DNA of 64,000 nt from a virus: the IMG/VR virus record IMGVR_UViG_3300035670_012130, positions 32,001 through 96,000 of that record; one strand, given 5' to 3'. Each line of letters begins with the position of its first letter. The stretch's first letter is position 1. Position numbers and translations under genes: made by a program. The notes beneath the pieces are model-generated. The model had not been told where the DNA came from. It worked only from the letters and a program-made list of their open reading frames with translations, and did not search any database. Positions 1-8,741 of the stretch are shown piece after piece.

Positions 1-285
1 TGGAACTTTACCTCTAAGTATATCCCACAGCATTATCCAATCACTAATTTTTGCTTTCACTGGATCTTTGAATGCAGCTGGTTGATTTTTTTCAAAGAAA
101 TAATGACCAGACCATGCAAAAGGGTAAACAACAAATGGTGTTAGCAATAAGAACCAATAATATCCAAACTTCAAACAAAAAACAACCCACAAAATAGTCA
201 TGAATTGTCCTAATACATGTAATCTTCTGCAAATCTTATTTTGATGCAGAGTAAGATACATCTCATAATATTCTTTCATATTCAT
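1..285 (-). CDS. DUF962/Mpo1-like small membrane protein, 3' end runs off the window (not in ORF track)
   Basis: Manual translation from ATG 285, which overlaps the stop of the upstream gene (ATGA): MNMKEYYEMYLTLHQNKICRRLHVLGQ...YPFAWSGHYFFEKNQPAAFKDPVKAKISDWIMLWDILRGKVP. The YL..H.N...R.LH and AW.GH.FFEKN.PA motifs are typical of DUF962. Confidence 0.85.
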   Translation of the reverse strand, partial: MNMKEYYEMYLTLHQNKICRRLHVLGQFMTILWVVFCLKFGYYWFLLLTPFVVYPFAWSGHYFFEKNQPAAFKDPVKAKISDWIMLWDILRGKVP

Positions 286-1052
286 ATAGTACAAACTCCT
301 AATTTTTGAACAACTTTGGTAGCACATTCTTGAGCAAATTTAATTGCTAAGTCAATGTCATTAGTTCTTGAAAATTCACATGTCAATGCAGAGATGAATG
401 TATCTCCAGCGCCAGACATATCTTTGCAGTTGACTCTTTCAACTGGAAACATTTTACCTTGAAATTCACATCCTTTATCAGAATGAGTTATTATCAACTT
501 GTTATATAGATTTAAATTATCAATAGTGTGTTTGGTTTTATCGAATTCAACATGGTTTATCTTAATAAAATCACAAGAAGTGCACCATGTTCCTAAAATT
601 TTCTTAGTATCAAGAAAAACATTTTTATTATGATGACTGATTTCCCAAATATGATCTTCTGACAAAAACCCCTTACAATAATCACTTATTATTATAGAAT
701 CGTAATGTACTCCATCATAAAAATTGTCAATAATTTCTTCAATAACTTCAAAATTTAATGCAGAGACTTTTTGTTCTTCATCCACTCTTATCAGGAGACT
801 ATTAGTACGCTCATCTACTAATCTGGTCTTAACAATATTTTCTGGTTGAGTTATAAGAGTTACTTTTGCACCAATAGCTTCAATATTTGCTTTTACATTC
901 AGTGCCATACCACCATTTAATTTTGTTTCAATAGGATTGAATACTGGAGCTGGACCTTCTGGAGCTAATCTAGGTACATGTCCATATGTAAAAACATCAG
1001 TACAAGAATCTCCTATCACTAGAATGTTGATATGATTATATAATTCTTTCAT
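282..1052 (-). CDS. HldE/RfaE kinase-domain-like PfkB sugar kinase (heptose-7-phosphate kinase-like), no adenylyltransferase domain
   Basis: ILVIGDSCTD..YG...RLAPEGPAPV, GGMALNV, IISDYCKGFL and DMSGAGDTF motifs. Confidence 0.85.
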   Translation of the reverse strand: MKELYNHINILVIGDSCTDVFTYGHVPRLAPEGPAPVFNPIETKLNGGMALNVKANIEAIGAKVTLITQPENIVKTRLVDERTNSLLIRVDEEQKVSALNFEVIEEIIDNFYDGVHYDSIIISDYCKGFLSEDHIWEISHHNKNVFLDTKKILGTWCTSCDFIKINHVEFDKTKHTIDNLNLYNKLIITHSDKGCEFQGKMFPVERVNCKDMSGAGDTFISALTCEFSRTNDIDLAIKFAQECATKVVQKLGVCTI

Positions 1053-1558
1053 AATAATAGTGTATTTTTATCTCTTTCAGATAAAATTGGATTATCTGAT
1101 ATCCAATTTATACCTATTTTGGGATCAGACCAATAAACAGATTTTTGATCTTTCACATCAGGATAATCACCATCATAACTCCACTTATAGTGAAAAATAG
1201 CTTTATCACTCAGAACTAAATGGCCATTCAAAAATCCTGGAGGAACAAGTACGCTCAATTTTTCCTTACTATCAGCATCTAAAATAAAATCAGTCCAAGA
1301 TAAATATTCAGAACATTCTTTGTCAAAATTTACAATAACTAATTGAATTTTTCCATATAAACAAGTAATTAATTTCCACGATTTATCAGTATGCAAACCT
1401 CTCAATACATTTTTATTAGAAGTAGCTACCTTGTCATGATTGAAATTCAATGAAGCAGTGTCGCTGTCTTTCCATATGGTAAACAATTCACCACGTTCAT
1501 CAATAAATGAATCTTTGGTAAAAACTGTCACTCCGGAAAGACAATCAACTCTAGCCAT
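1049..1558 (-). CDS. rmlC: dTDP-4-dehydrorhamnose 3,5-epimerase family (cupin)
   Basis: DERG, NVLRGLH, VPPGFLNGH and W.DPKIGINW...NPILSERD motifs. Confidence 0.88.
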   Translation of the reverse strand: MARVDCLSGVTVFTKDSFIDERGELFTIWKDSDTASLNFNHDKVATSNKNVLRGLHTDKSWKLITCLYGKIQLVIVNFDKECSEYLSWTDFILDADSKEKLSVLVPPGFLNGHLVLSDKAIFHYKWSYDGDYPDVKDQKSVYWSDPKIGINWISDNPILSERDKNTLLL

Positions 1559-2720
1559 TTAATACCTCAAGAAGTTTGGTAATTTTTTCTTTTTCAAGCC
1601 CTGGATAATTGCCTATGTACCAAGAAAAATTATGTAAATGTTCAATATTTGGAAAGTTAGAAAAATCATTATAAATAGACTTGAAAAATGGTTGCCTCAT
1701 TTGATTTCCACCACCAGAAAGTCCACGTCTAAATTCAATTCCATTATTTCTAAGCTTTCTTTCAACTTCATTACGTTTTGTAAAATCAGCGTCTTTCAAG
1801 ATTACAATAAAAGCGTAGTTACAATTTCCTTCAGTATTTAAGGCGATATGATACTTTTCAGGATCTAAATTCGAGATAAATATATCAAAATTTTCTCTTC
1901 TTTCTTGATTTTTATTATCTAGTTTTTTGAGCTGTGAAAGTCCAATTACAGCATTAATTTCTGTGCTTCTAAAATTGTGTGCTGGACGTAAGAAAATAAA
2001 GTCAGGATTTAAATCAGGATTGTCCATTGCTATTGAAATCTTCATGGAATCACTAGTCATTTCTCTAGTCATTCCATGTGATCGTAATGCCCTGCAAATT
2101 TGATAAAACTCCCAATTATTAGTAGAAATCATCCCGCCTTCAATTGTGGACATATGGTGAGCAAAATAAAAACTGAAATTACTTGCGAATCCAAAATTAC
2201 CCACTTTACATCCTTGGAAAGTTGTGCCGTGAGATTCGCATACATCTTCAATTAGTAGAATATTTTTTTGTTCACAGATTTCTAAAAGCTCATCTGTAAG
2301 ACCATTGATACCTAACACATGTGTAAGAAAAATAGCTTTAGTATTTTCAGTAATTGCATCTTTCAACTTATCAATATCAAATGACAAATTGGTAAAATTA
2401 ACGTCAACAAAAACTAATTTATGACCAGCAAATAAGACGGAAGAAATGTCTGAAATCCAAGTTAAAGGTGGAACAATAATTTCACCTTCACCAATTAAAT
2501 GTGATATGGCAAGCATTGTTAATTCATTAGCTGATGCTCCTGAATTTACAAATAAATTATATTTTGTTCCAAGCCATTCGCCCCAAGACTTTTCAAATTC
2601 GGCAACCTTAGGTCCATTTGTCAATTTTGGAATTGCGTCTTGAGACAAAAAATCTATTACAGAATTTATATCTTCTTTGTCAATATTATCATTCATCAAT
2701 GGCAAGAAAAATTTATTCAT
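1551..2720 (-). CDS. DegT/DnrJ-fold PLP/PMP enzyme, ColD-type NDP-4-keto-6-deoxyhexose 3-dehydratase
   Basis: VNSGASAN, EDVCESHG, SFYFAHHMSTIEGGM (His at the Schiff-base Lys position) and RSHGMTR. Start placed at 2720, just after the upstream stop. Confidence 0.8.
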   Translation of the reverse strand: MNKFFLPLMNDNIDKEDINSVIDFLSQDAIPKLTNGPKVAEFEKSWGEWLGTKYNLFVNSGASANELTMLAISHLIGEGEIIVPPLTWISDISSVLFAGHKLVFVDVNFTNLSFDIDKLKDAITENTKAIFLTHVLGINGLTDELLEICEQKNILLIEDVCESHGTTFQGCKVGNFGFASNFSFYFAHHMSTIEGGMISTNNWEFYQICRALRSHGMTREMTSDSMKISIAMDNPDLNPDFIFLRPAHNFRSTEINAVIGLSQLKKLDNKNQERRENFDIFISNLDPEKYHIALNTEGNCNYAFIVILKDADFTKRNEVERKLRNNGIEFRRGLSGGGNQMRQPFFKSIYNDFSNFPNIEHLHNFSWYIGNYPGLEKEKITKLLEVLNG

Positions 2721-2721
2721 T

Positions 2722-3258
2722 TTATTTCTCGTTATAAAAATCGCCCCATTCAACTAAAATTGTCGGCCTATTGTCTGTACGCAAATATGCATATTGATAA
2801 GCTTCAAATATTTGATTAGGCTCATCCAATCTAATTATATCTACAAAATCACACATTGCTTTGAAACCACCTGTAAAATCAGCAATATGTTGATGTTGAG
2901 GATGTAATGGTCTTTGAGATCCAATCGATGTTCTTATGATGATTTTAGGCGTGTATCCACCATCAGACATAACTTTGATTTTATCTACATGATTTACAAG
3001 TTGATTAGCAGCAAGTAATAGAAAATTCCAACGAGGATATAGCGAAACTGGAACAGTGCCATTAAGTGCTATTCCCAATGTAATTCCCATTTGCATATCT
3101 TCATTTACAGGCATTTCTAAAAGTTTGCTTTTATCAATACCGCTAAGAGTATTTGTCATTGCAGTACCTGGATATTCAACAGCTTGACCAAGAAACAATG
3201 TGTCTTGTTGAGCACCAAGCCATTCCATAGATCTTTTTAATTCATCGAAATATTTCAT
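2722..3258 (-). CDS. Truncated TPP enzyme beta subunit (transketolase/PDH E1-beta pyrimidine-binding domain only)
   Basis: FLGQAV, EMPVNEDMQMG..LGIAL, FLLLAANQLVN, IIRT.IG....HPQHQH and PTILVE motifs; 178 aa with no C-terminal domain. Confidence 0.8.
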   Translation of the reverse strand: MKYFDELKRSMEWLGAQQDTLFLGQAVEYPGTAMTNTLSGIDKSKLLEMPVNEDMQMGITLGIALNGTVPVSLYPRWNFLLLAANQLVNHVDKIKVMSDGGYTPKIIIRTSIGSQRPLHPQHQHIADFTGGFKAMCDFVDIIRLDEPNQIFEAYQYAYLRTDNRPTILVEWGDFYNEK

Positions 3259-3863
3259 TAAAATTGGATCCTTTTTCCAGCTCCAGCATGTGGATATTTA
3301 GATTGATAACTGTAATAAATAATCTTTTTTTCGTTGCAATTGAATGCCAAAGTGTCAGAATTCCAAACTTTTCTAGTATCTGTGCAAACTGACTTGTTAT
3401 TGTCTTCAACTACAAATGTGATTGGTAAATCATGATTCAAGGCATATTTATAATTTTCAAAAAATGTACCTGTTTCTGAAGCCATATCACCAACAAAACA
3501 CCAAACATGATTTGTTTGATTTTTTCTTTTTATATCAAGTGCGACACCAGTGGCAATTGGGATGCTTCCAGTTACAATAGCTGAAGAATAAATGTTGTAA
3601 TCAGGATAGCAAAGTGTAATTGATTTTCCGCTAACTATATCTGCCATAAGGCGTTCTTGAGGAACGCCTTTGAGCAAACACTGGTAATGAGATCGCCAAG
3701 TGCAAAAAATCCAATCTTCATCTTTGACATTATTGAAAACTTCAATAATTTGCTTTTCATTACCATCGTAAAGATGAACTGGCGACTTGATTACTCCACT
3801 GTTGAATGTTTCAGCAACTTTTGTTTCAAAATCTACGAGTTCTTCGGGCGTATATTTTTTCAT
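3258..3863 (-). CDS. Short TPP enzyme alpha subunit (PDH E1-alpha-like)
   Basis: PVHLYDGNE, WRSHY..LLKG, SAIVTGSIPIATG and GDMA...FVVEDNN TPP-binding motif. Confidence 0.83.
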   Translation of the reverse strand: MKKYTPEELVDFETKVAETFNSGVIKSPVHLYDGNEKQIIEVFNNVKDEDWIFCTWRSHYQCLLKGVPQERLMADIVSGKSITLCYPDYNIYSSAIVTGSIPIATGVALDIKRKNQTNHVWCFVGDMASETGTFFENYKYALNHDLPITFVVEDNNKSVCTDTRKVWNSDTLAFNCNEKKIIYYSYQSKYPHAGAGKRIQF

Positions 3864-4819
3864 TTATTTAAGTAATTCTCTTGATACCATGCAACAGTTT
3901 TTTCAATACCTTCTTGAAAGGTAAATTGAGGCTGAAAACCCAATTCAGTTGTAATTCTTTCAGTGCTAACCATTCTAAAAGGAATGGTTGTAGGTTTAGA
4001 ATTATCCCAAACAATTTCAGGTGTTTTACCAGTAGCTAATAAAATCGAGTCTAAAATTTCACCAATTGTGATTGTTTTGCCCATTCCAACATTGTATGGT
4101 CTCATTGGAGTGCCTTTTTCAAGTACCAACAAAGCTGCATTAACAACATCTTCAACATACAAGAAATCTCTTACAACATCAGGACTACCCCAAGCTGTAA
4201 ATGGGTTTTCATCTGTAAGCACTCTGTTGATTAAAGCTGGAACAACATGACAGGTTTTGGTATCAAAATTATCATAAGGTCCAAAAATTGCTGTACCTCT
4301 AGTGAGCATAATTTCTAAGTCAGAAAATTTTGAAACATGCTCCATAAGCTTTTCACGGTATCTACGCATCCATCCATAGCCGTAATATGCTTTGTAAGGC
4401 TCATCGTCCCAATATTCTTCTTCAGTGATTGGATAACGTCTGTCTGGATATCCTGTTGAACTATTTAAGTCAAGGAATCTTTTTACGCCAGTCTTATTAC
4501 AAGCATCAAGCACATTTCCCAAAACATTAATGTTTTGAATAGAAATTTGTATATCAGTAGGGACAGTAGAAGGATGAGCAATATTTCCTCCACTGTGAAT
4601 GACATAATCAGCACCATCAACTAACTTGATACAATCATCCAAGTTTGTCAAATCACAAAATGGCATGACAGTAATATTTTCAACTTTTGTTTGCAAAGGT
4701 TTGTGATGAATGTGAGTAAAAACATTTGCACCACGCTTCACAAGCCCCTCAATATAATTGCTGCCTAAAAATCCACTACCACCAGTTACAACTACTTTTT
4801 TACCTTCAAAAAAACTCAT
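3860..4819 (-). CDS. Extended SDR, GDP-fucose synthase/ColC-like nucleotide-sugar reductase/epimerase
   Basis: TGGSGFLG, GPYDNF....HVVPALI, WG...VRDFLYVED; YGWMR at the YxxxK site. Confidence 0.8.
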   Translation of the reverse strand: MSFFEGKKVVVTGGSGFLGSNYIEGLVKRGANVFTHIHHKPLQTKVENITVMPFCDLTNLDDCIKLVDGADYVIHSGGNIAHPSTVPTDIQISIQNINVLGNVLDACNKTGVKRFLDLNSSTGYPDRRYPITEEEYWDDEPYKAYYGYGWMRRYREKLMEHVSKFSDLEIMLTRGTAIFGPYDNFDTKTCHVVPALINRVLTDENPFTAWGSPDVVRDFLYVEDVVNAALLVLEKGTPMRPYNVGMGKTITIGEILDSILLATGKTPEIVWDNSKPTTIPFRMVSTERITTELGFQPQFTFQEGIEKTVAWYQENYLNK

Positions 4820-4828
4820 TTTTTAACC

Positions 4829-5800
4829 TCAATGATTTACAAATACATTATAGCGCTGATCGATAGAATTTTTATTATTCTTAAACCATTCAGTTACTAT
4901 TTGAATTCCATCCGATAAAGATGTGCGAGACTTGATACCATAACTTTCTGCTCTTTCAGTAGACATGATTCTGATAGCATCTCCATTTGGTTTATCTGAC
5001 ATCCATTTGACTTCTAAATTTTTTCCTGAGTGTTTCACAACCATTTCAACCACCTCTTTGATTGTAAATCCTTTGCCAGATCCAAGATTAATAGGCTCAG
5101 TGACTCGTTTTTCAACACATTGAATCATAGCACTAGCTACGTCATCAGCAAAGATAAAATCTCTAATTGGAGTTCCATCTCCCCAAACTTCCAAAACATC
5201 ATTTTCTTGAGCTTTTCTAATTAGTGAAGGAACAACCATGGAATTAACTGGGTTGAAATTATCGTATTTTCCAAAAATATTAGCTGGTCTTACGATAGAA
5301 ATATTATTAGATCCATATTGAATTGCATATGCTTCAGCTTGCAATTCTCCTATTCTTTTAGCCCAGCCAGCAAACTTATCGTTTGGTGATGGAAAAGTTT
5401 TCCAAACGTCATCTTCGTAAAAAACATCTGCTGGAGAATACACACCAACCGAACTTGTATACAAATACCACTTTACATTAGTTTTTCTAGCAGCTTCCAT
5501 CATATTTGTGTTAAATTGAAGCATTGGAACCATAAAATCTGCTGGTTGCTCTGCGCAAGCTTTGGGTGATCCTTTGACTCCGATAATATTAAAAACATAA
5601 TCTTTATCTTTGCAAATTTCTTCACAAACATCCAAATATCTCAAGTCTCCTTTGGTGTACTTCACTTCAGGCTCAAGATCTGCAGGTTTATGCAAATCAG
5701 CAATTTCAACTTCTGCCCCAAGACTTAAGAGCTTTGAAACTAAAGCTCTTCCTACCATACCTGCTCCGCCAGTCACTAAAACTTTTTGGTTATTAAACAT
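4829..5800 (-). CDS. Extended SDR, GDP-fucose synthase-like paralog
   Basis: TGGAGMVG, RPANIFG.YDNF, VWGDGTPIRDFIF, KPNG; AGWAK lacks the catalytic Tyr. Confidence 0.8.
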   Translation of the reverse strand: MFNNQKVLVTGGAGMVGRALVSKLLSLGAEVEIADLHKPADLEPEVKYTKGDLRYLDVCEEICKDKDYVFNIIGVKGSPKACAEQPADFMVPMLQFNTNMMEAARKTNVKWYLYTSSVGVYSPADVFYEDDVWKTFPSPNDKFAGWAKRIGELQAEAYAIQYGSNNISIVRPANIFGKYDNFNPVNSMVVPSLIRKAQENDVLEVWGDGTPIRDFIFADDVASAMIQCVEKRVTEPINLGSGKGFTIKEVVEMVVKHSGKNLEVKWMSDKPNGDAIRIMSTERAESYGIKSRTSLSDGIQIVTEWFKNNKNSIDQRYNVFVNH

Positions 5801-5808
5801 TTTATTTC

Positions 5809-6747
5809 CTATAAATTGGTGAAATCTTTATTTTTGAAATTCGAAATCATTTTGTATGCGCTTAGAAGTTCTTGTATTCCAGCATCTAATGAATAATCGC
5901 AATACCATCCTGTTTTTTCAATCTTTTCATTTGAAACAATATAATTACGTTTATCAAAATCTTCTTTAAACTGTTCCTCAATGATAACTAAATTAGGAAC
6001 GTACTCTTTGACTTTTTGAGCGAGTTGAAGCTTTGACATATTTGCAGAAGTAAGGCCTACATTGAAAGCATTGTTGTTGCAAGTTTCATAATTTTCTATC
6101 AAATGAAGAAAAGCTTTTGCCACATCCCTGACATGAACATAGTTTCTCAAAAAATGTGATTCAAAAAGAACTAAAAATTCATCAGTGAAAGCTCTGTAAA
6201 CAAAGTCATTGACAAGTAGATCCATTCTTTGTCTGTAGGAAACTCCAAATACTGTAGCAAGTCTTAATGAAATTCCATTACCTGATTCTAAAACACGCTT
6301 TTCAGCATCGCATTTTGTTTTTGCATAAAGAGAAAGAGGATTGAATGGACTTTCTTCTGTGATGATTGTTTCAGAACTTCCATATTGAGAATTTGTATTA
6401 GGAACTAACAATTTCTGACTTGGCTGAATTATCTCAAGGATGTTTTTAATTTGTTGATAATTTACAGCAACTGTTAGATCTGGATCTTTTTTACACGCTG
6501 GCATTCCTACAATAGCAGCTAAAGGAATAACGATGTCATGAGTTTCTACCAGACCACTAAGAAGTTTGGTATCTCGCACATCGCCAACAATAAGATTGAA
6601 ATTTTTATTATGACAAAACTGAGTTAAGGATAACTGTTTGTATGTCAAGTTGTCTAAAACAGTAACTGAATAGTCTTTAGACAGTAAAACTTCAGTAAGA
6701 ATAGAACCAAGGTATCCAGCTCCACCTGTTATTAATACTTTTTTCAT
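5809..6747 (-). CDS. NAD-dependent nucleotide-sugar epimerase/dehydratase (extended SDR)
   Basis: TGGAGYLGS, LAAIVG.PAC, YAKTK and RLATVFG.S.R.R.DLLVN motifs. Confidence 0.85.
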   Translation of the reverse strand: MKKVLITGGAGYLGSILTEVLLSKDYSVTVLDNLTYKQLSLTQFCHNKNFNLIVGDVRDTKLLSGLVETHDIVIPLAAIVGMPACKKDPDLTVAVNYQQIKNILEIIQPSQKLLVPNTNSQYGSSETIITEESPFNPLSLYAKTKCDAEKRVLESGNGISLRLATVFGVSYRQRMDLLVNDFVYRAFTDEFLVLFESHFLRNYVHVRDVAKAFLHLIENYETCNNNAFNVGLTSANMSKLQLAQKVKEYVPNLVIIEEQFKEDFDKRNYIVSNEKIEKTGWYCDYSLDAGIQELLSAYKMISNFKNKDFTNL

Positions 6748-6755
6748 ATAAGATA

Positions 6756-6804
6756 ATTATACCAACGATTGATTTGCGATATAGTTTTATTTTGATGGTA
6801 TAAA
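6756..6804. promoter_or_regulatory. Divergent pair of -10-like boxes directly before two start codons
   Basis: Minus strand: TGG-TATAAT, 8 nt before ATG 6747. Plus strand: TGG-TATAAA (6799-6804), 6 nt before ATG 6811. Confidence 0.6.
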
Positions 6805-6810
6805 TTAGAT

Positions 6811-7599
6811 ATGAATGTGATAGTAAATTACAATTGGGGTGATAAACATACATTTTCTTTGTCCCACAAACTATATCTTGAAGGCCTTGCAAAGATCAAT
6901 TGTTATAAACTTATTATAGTTTATGATATGAGTGAAGAGACGATTGATAAACTAAAGACTATTTACGACCATGTTGAAGTCATACCAAAACCAGATTCAC
7001 ATTTCACTTCATTTTACACAATTTACAAAACTGTAGAAAAATATTGCTCTCATTGTGATTTGTTTTTATATACTGATTCACATGATGTTATTTTTCAATC
7101 AGATCCTTTTGAATATCTTTCTAAATTTGATGAAGAAATTTTCTTAACTTCTCCAGGTTTTAAAGTAAAGGATCAATGGCCAGACCGAAATTGGCATGAA
7201 TATTTTAATAAATCAACTAGCAAAAAAGTAGATTTCTGGGAAGATAAAGTTTTGAATGGTGGAATAACTGCTGGAAAAGTTCAAGCAATACTCAATTTCT
7301 ATGCATTTGCAACTGCTAATTTAAACAGAAATGGTTGTCATATTGTAGATCAAACCGTATATTTATATTTTTATCATCTGATGAAAGACAGAGGTAATGT
7401 TAGAATTTTTGATACCAGAAATGATAATTTTGTGTATCACTGTCAAAATGAGCATTTTTTTGATCGCCCAGAAAATCCCAATGTTATAAACGGAAAAATA
7501 TACACTGAGTCTGGTGAGTTATATTGTATTTGGCATCAATGGGATGATATTGGATACTCGGCTAATTTAGATGAGAAAGGTAATGTTTACATTAAATGA
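6811..7599 (+). CDS. Putative GT-A-fold glycosyltransferase (PLOD-GT-like D-x-x-D-V-x-F-Q-x-DPF family), paralog 1
   Basis: FLYTDSHDVIFQSDPF, VLNGGITAG, DQ and WHQWD motifs; sugar-cluster context. Confidence 0.6.
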   Translation: MNVIVNYNWGDKHTFSLSHKLYLEGLAKINCYKLIIVYDMSEETIDKLKTIYDHVEVIPKPDSHFTSFYTIYKTVEKYCSHCDLFLYTDSHDVIFQSDPFEYLSKFDEEIFLTSPGFKVKDQWPDRNWHEYFNKSTSKKVDFWEDKVLNGGITAGKVQAILNFYAFATANLNRNGCHIVDQTVYLYFYHLMKDRGNVRIFDTRNDNFVYHCQNEHFFDRPENPNVINGKIYTESGELYCIWHQWDDIGYSANLDEKGNVYIK

Positions 7600-8309
7600 A
7601 TATAATATTTGCGGTTATAAGAAATCCAGAATTTGTGATAAATAATAAATATACCTCATTCATTAATTCACTTAAAAATTTGTCTGAGACATCTAAAATT
7701 GTTTTAATAAATGCAAGTTCAAAAGAAATTAAACTAGATCGTGCTAATATTGAAGTTTTGAATACTACTGCAATGGCTTCAGATTTAAACATTTATGGAG
7801 CAATTTCAGGATACTTGAATCAGTACCAAAATGACGAAAATGATTATGTTGCGATCTGTAACGTAGAAAATATATTGTTTACTCGTGATCCTTTATTGTT
7901 TCTAAAGCATTTTGATAAAGATCTATATTTTTATAGTTTGAGCCATATCAATAACGAAAGTACTCAAATAAAATCAGATTATGAGAATTTTGTAAAAACC
8001 TGTAATTTTTATATGGGAAATGATTTCGATTCTTTATCAATTGGTACTCATTTCTTTGGCGGTAAATTATCAGCTATGAAAGCATTGTTATTAACATTGT
8101 TTTTGAATGTCAACAGAAACTCAGCCAATACAATTACCTCTCAAGCTGTTTTGTCTTATGTTCACAAGCACTTTTATAATTTATTCAAAGTTCAAATGTT
8201 TACAAATCAATTTTGCATGCTTGTAGATGATAAAAGCAAGGCTGAGTCTATTTTAGACGATGAAGAATTATCTAAAAAACAATATGCAGTAATATACTTT
8301 ACCAGCTAA
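7596..8309 (+). CDS. Degenerate paralog of the GT-A-like protein (probable pseudo-glycosyltransferase)
   Basis: CNVENILFTRDPL aligns with TDSHDVIFQSDPF, HFFGGK with GGITAGK, and SQAV with DQTV; HQWD is absent. Confidence 0.5.
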   Translation: MNIIFAVIRNPEFVINNKYTSFINSLKNLSETSKIVLINASSKEIKLDRANIEVLNTTAMASDLNIYGAISGYLNQYQNDENDYVAICNVENILFTRDPLLFLKHFDKDLYFYSLSHINNESTQIKSDYENFVKTCNFYMGNDFDSLSIGTHFFGGKLSAMKALLLTLFLNVNRNSANTITSQAVLSYVHKHFYNLFKVQMFTNQFCMLVDDKSKAESILDDEELSKKQYAVIYFTS

Positions 8310-8700
8310 TTTCCCAATCTTTGAAATCAGCTGCTAAACAATCAATTTTATAATCTTTTCTACCGCCAACGACTTCTTGAATTTTGTTTTTGGCGGTATT
8401 TCTTATTCCATTTAATCCATGTGTCAATTCGAGATTATTCCCATCTTTAATGCCTTTGCGATAATTGGTTTCATTATGCCAAATATGTAAATTCATCTGA
8501 GAAAGAACTACTATAGCTCTAATTACTTGAGCATCAACTATTGCGTTATTTTCGTCTAAATGTGCTTGTATATCATGAACTATAGATGCTATTTCTTCAG
8601 CATATTCACTTTTATGATCTGTAATAAAAACTTCCTTAAGTTGAACTATAGAAAGTCTGTCAATTAATTCCGAAAGAGTTGGTAAATATTTGCGATTCAT
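8299..8700 (-). CDS. DUF6165/DUF4254-like small helical protein
   Basis: LSELIDRLSIVQLK...NLHIWHNE...LNGIRNTAKNKI pattern. Confidence 0.6.
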   Translation of the reverse strand: MNRKYLPTLSELIDRLSIVQLKEVFITDHKSEYAEEIASIVHDIQAHLDENNAIVDAQVIRAIVVLSQMNLHIWHNETNYRKGIKDGNNLELTHGLNGIRNTAKNKIQEVVGGRKDYKIDCLAADFKDWEISW

Positions 8701-8707
8701 ATCTTGA

Positions 8708-8735
8708 ATTATACCTTGCTAAATGCACGTATAAT
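8708..8735. promoter_or_regulatory. Divergent pair of TATAAT boxes before starts 8700 (-) and 8742 (+)
   Basis: Minus-strand TATAAT at 8713-8708 is 7 nt from its ATG; plus-strand TATAAT at 8730-8735 is 6 nt from its ATG. Confidence 0.65.
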
Positions 8736-8741
8736 ATTTTT

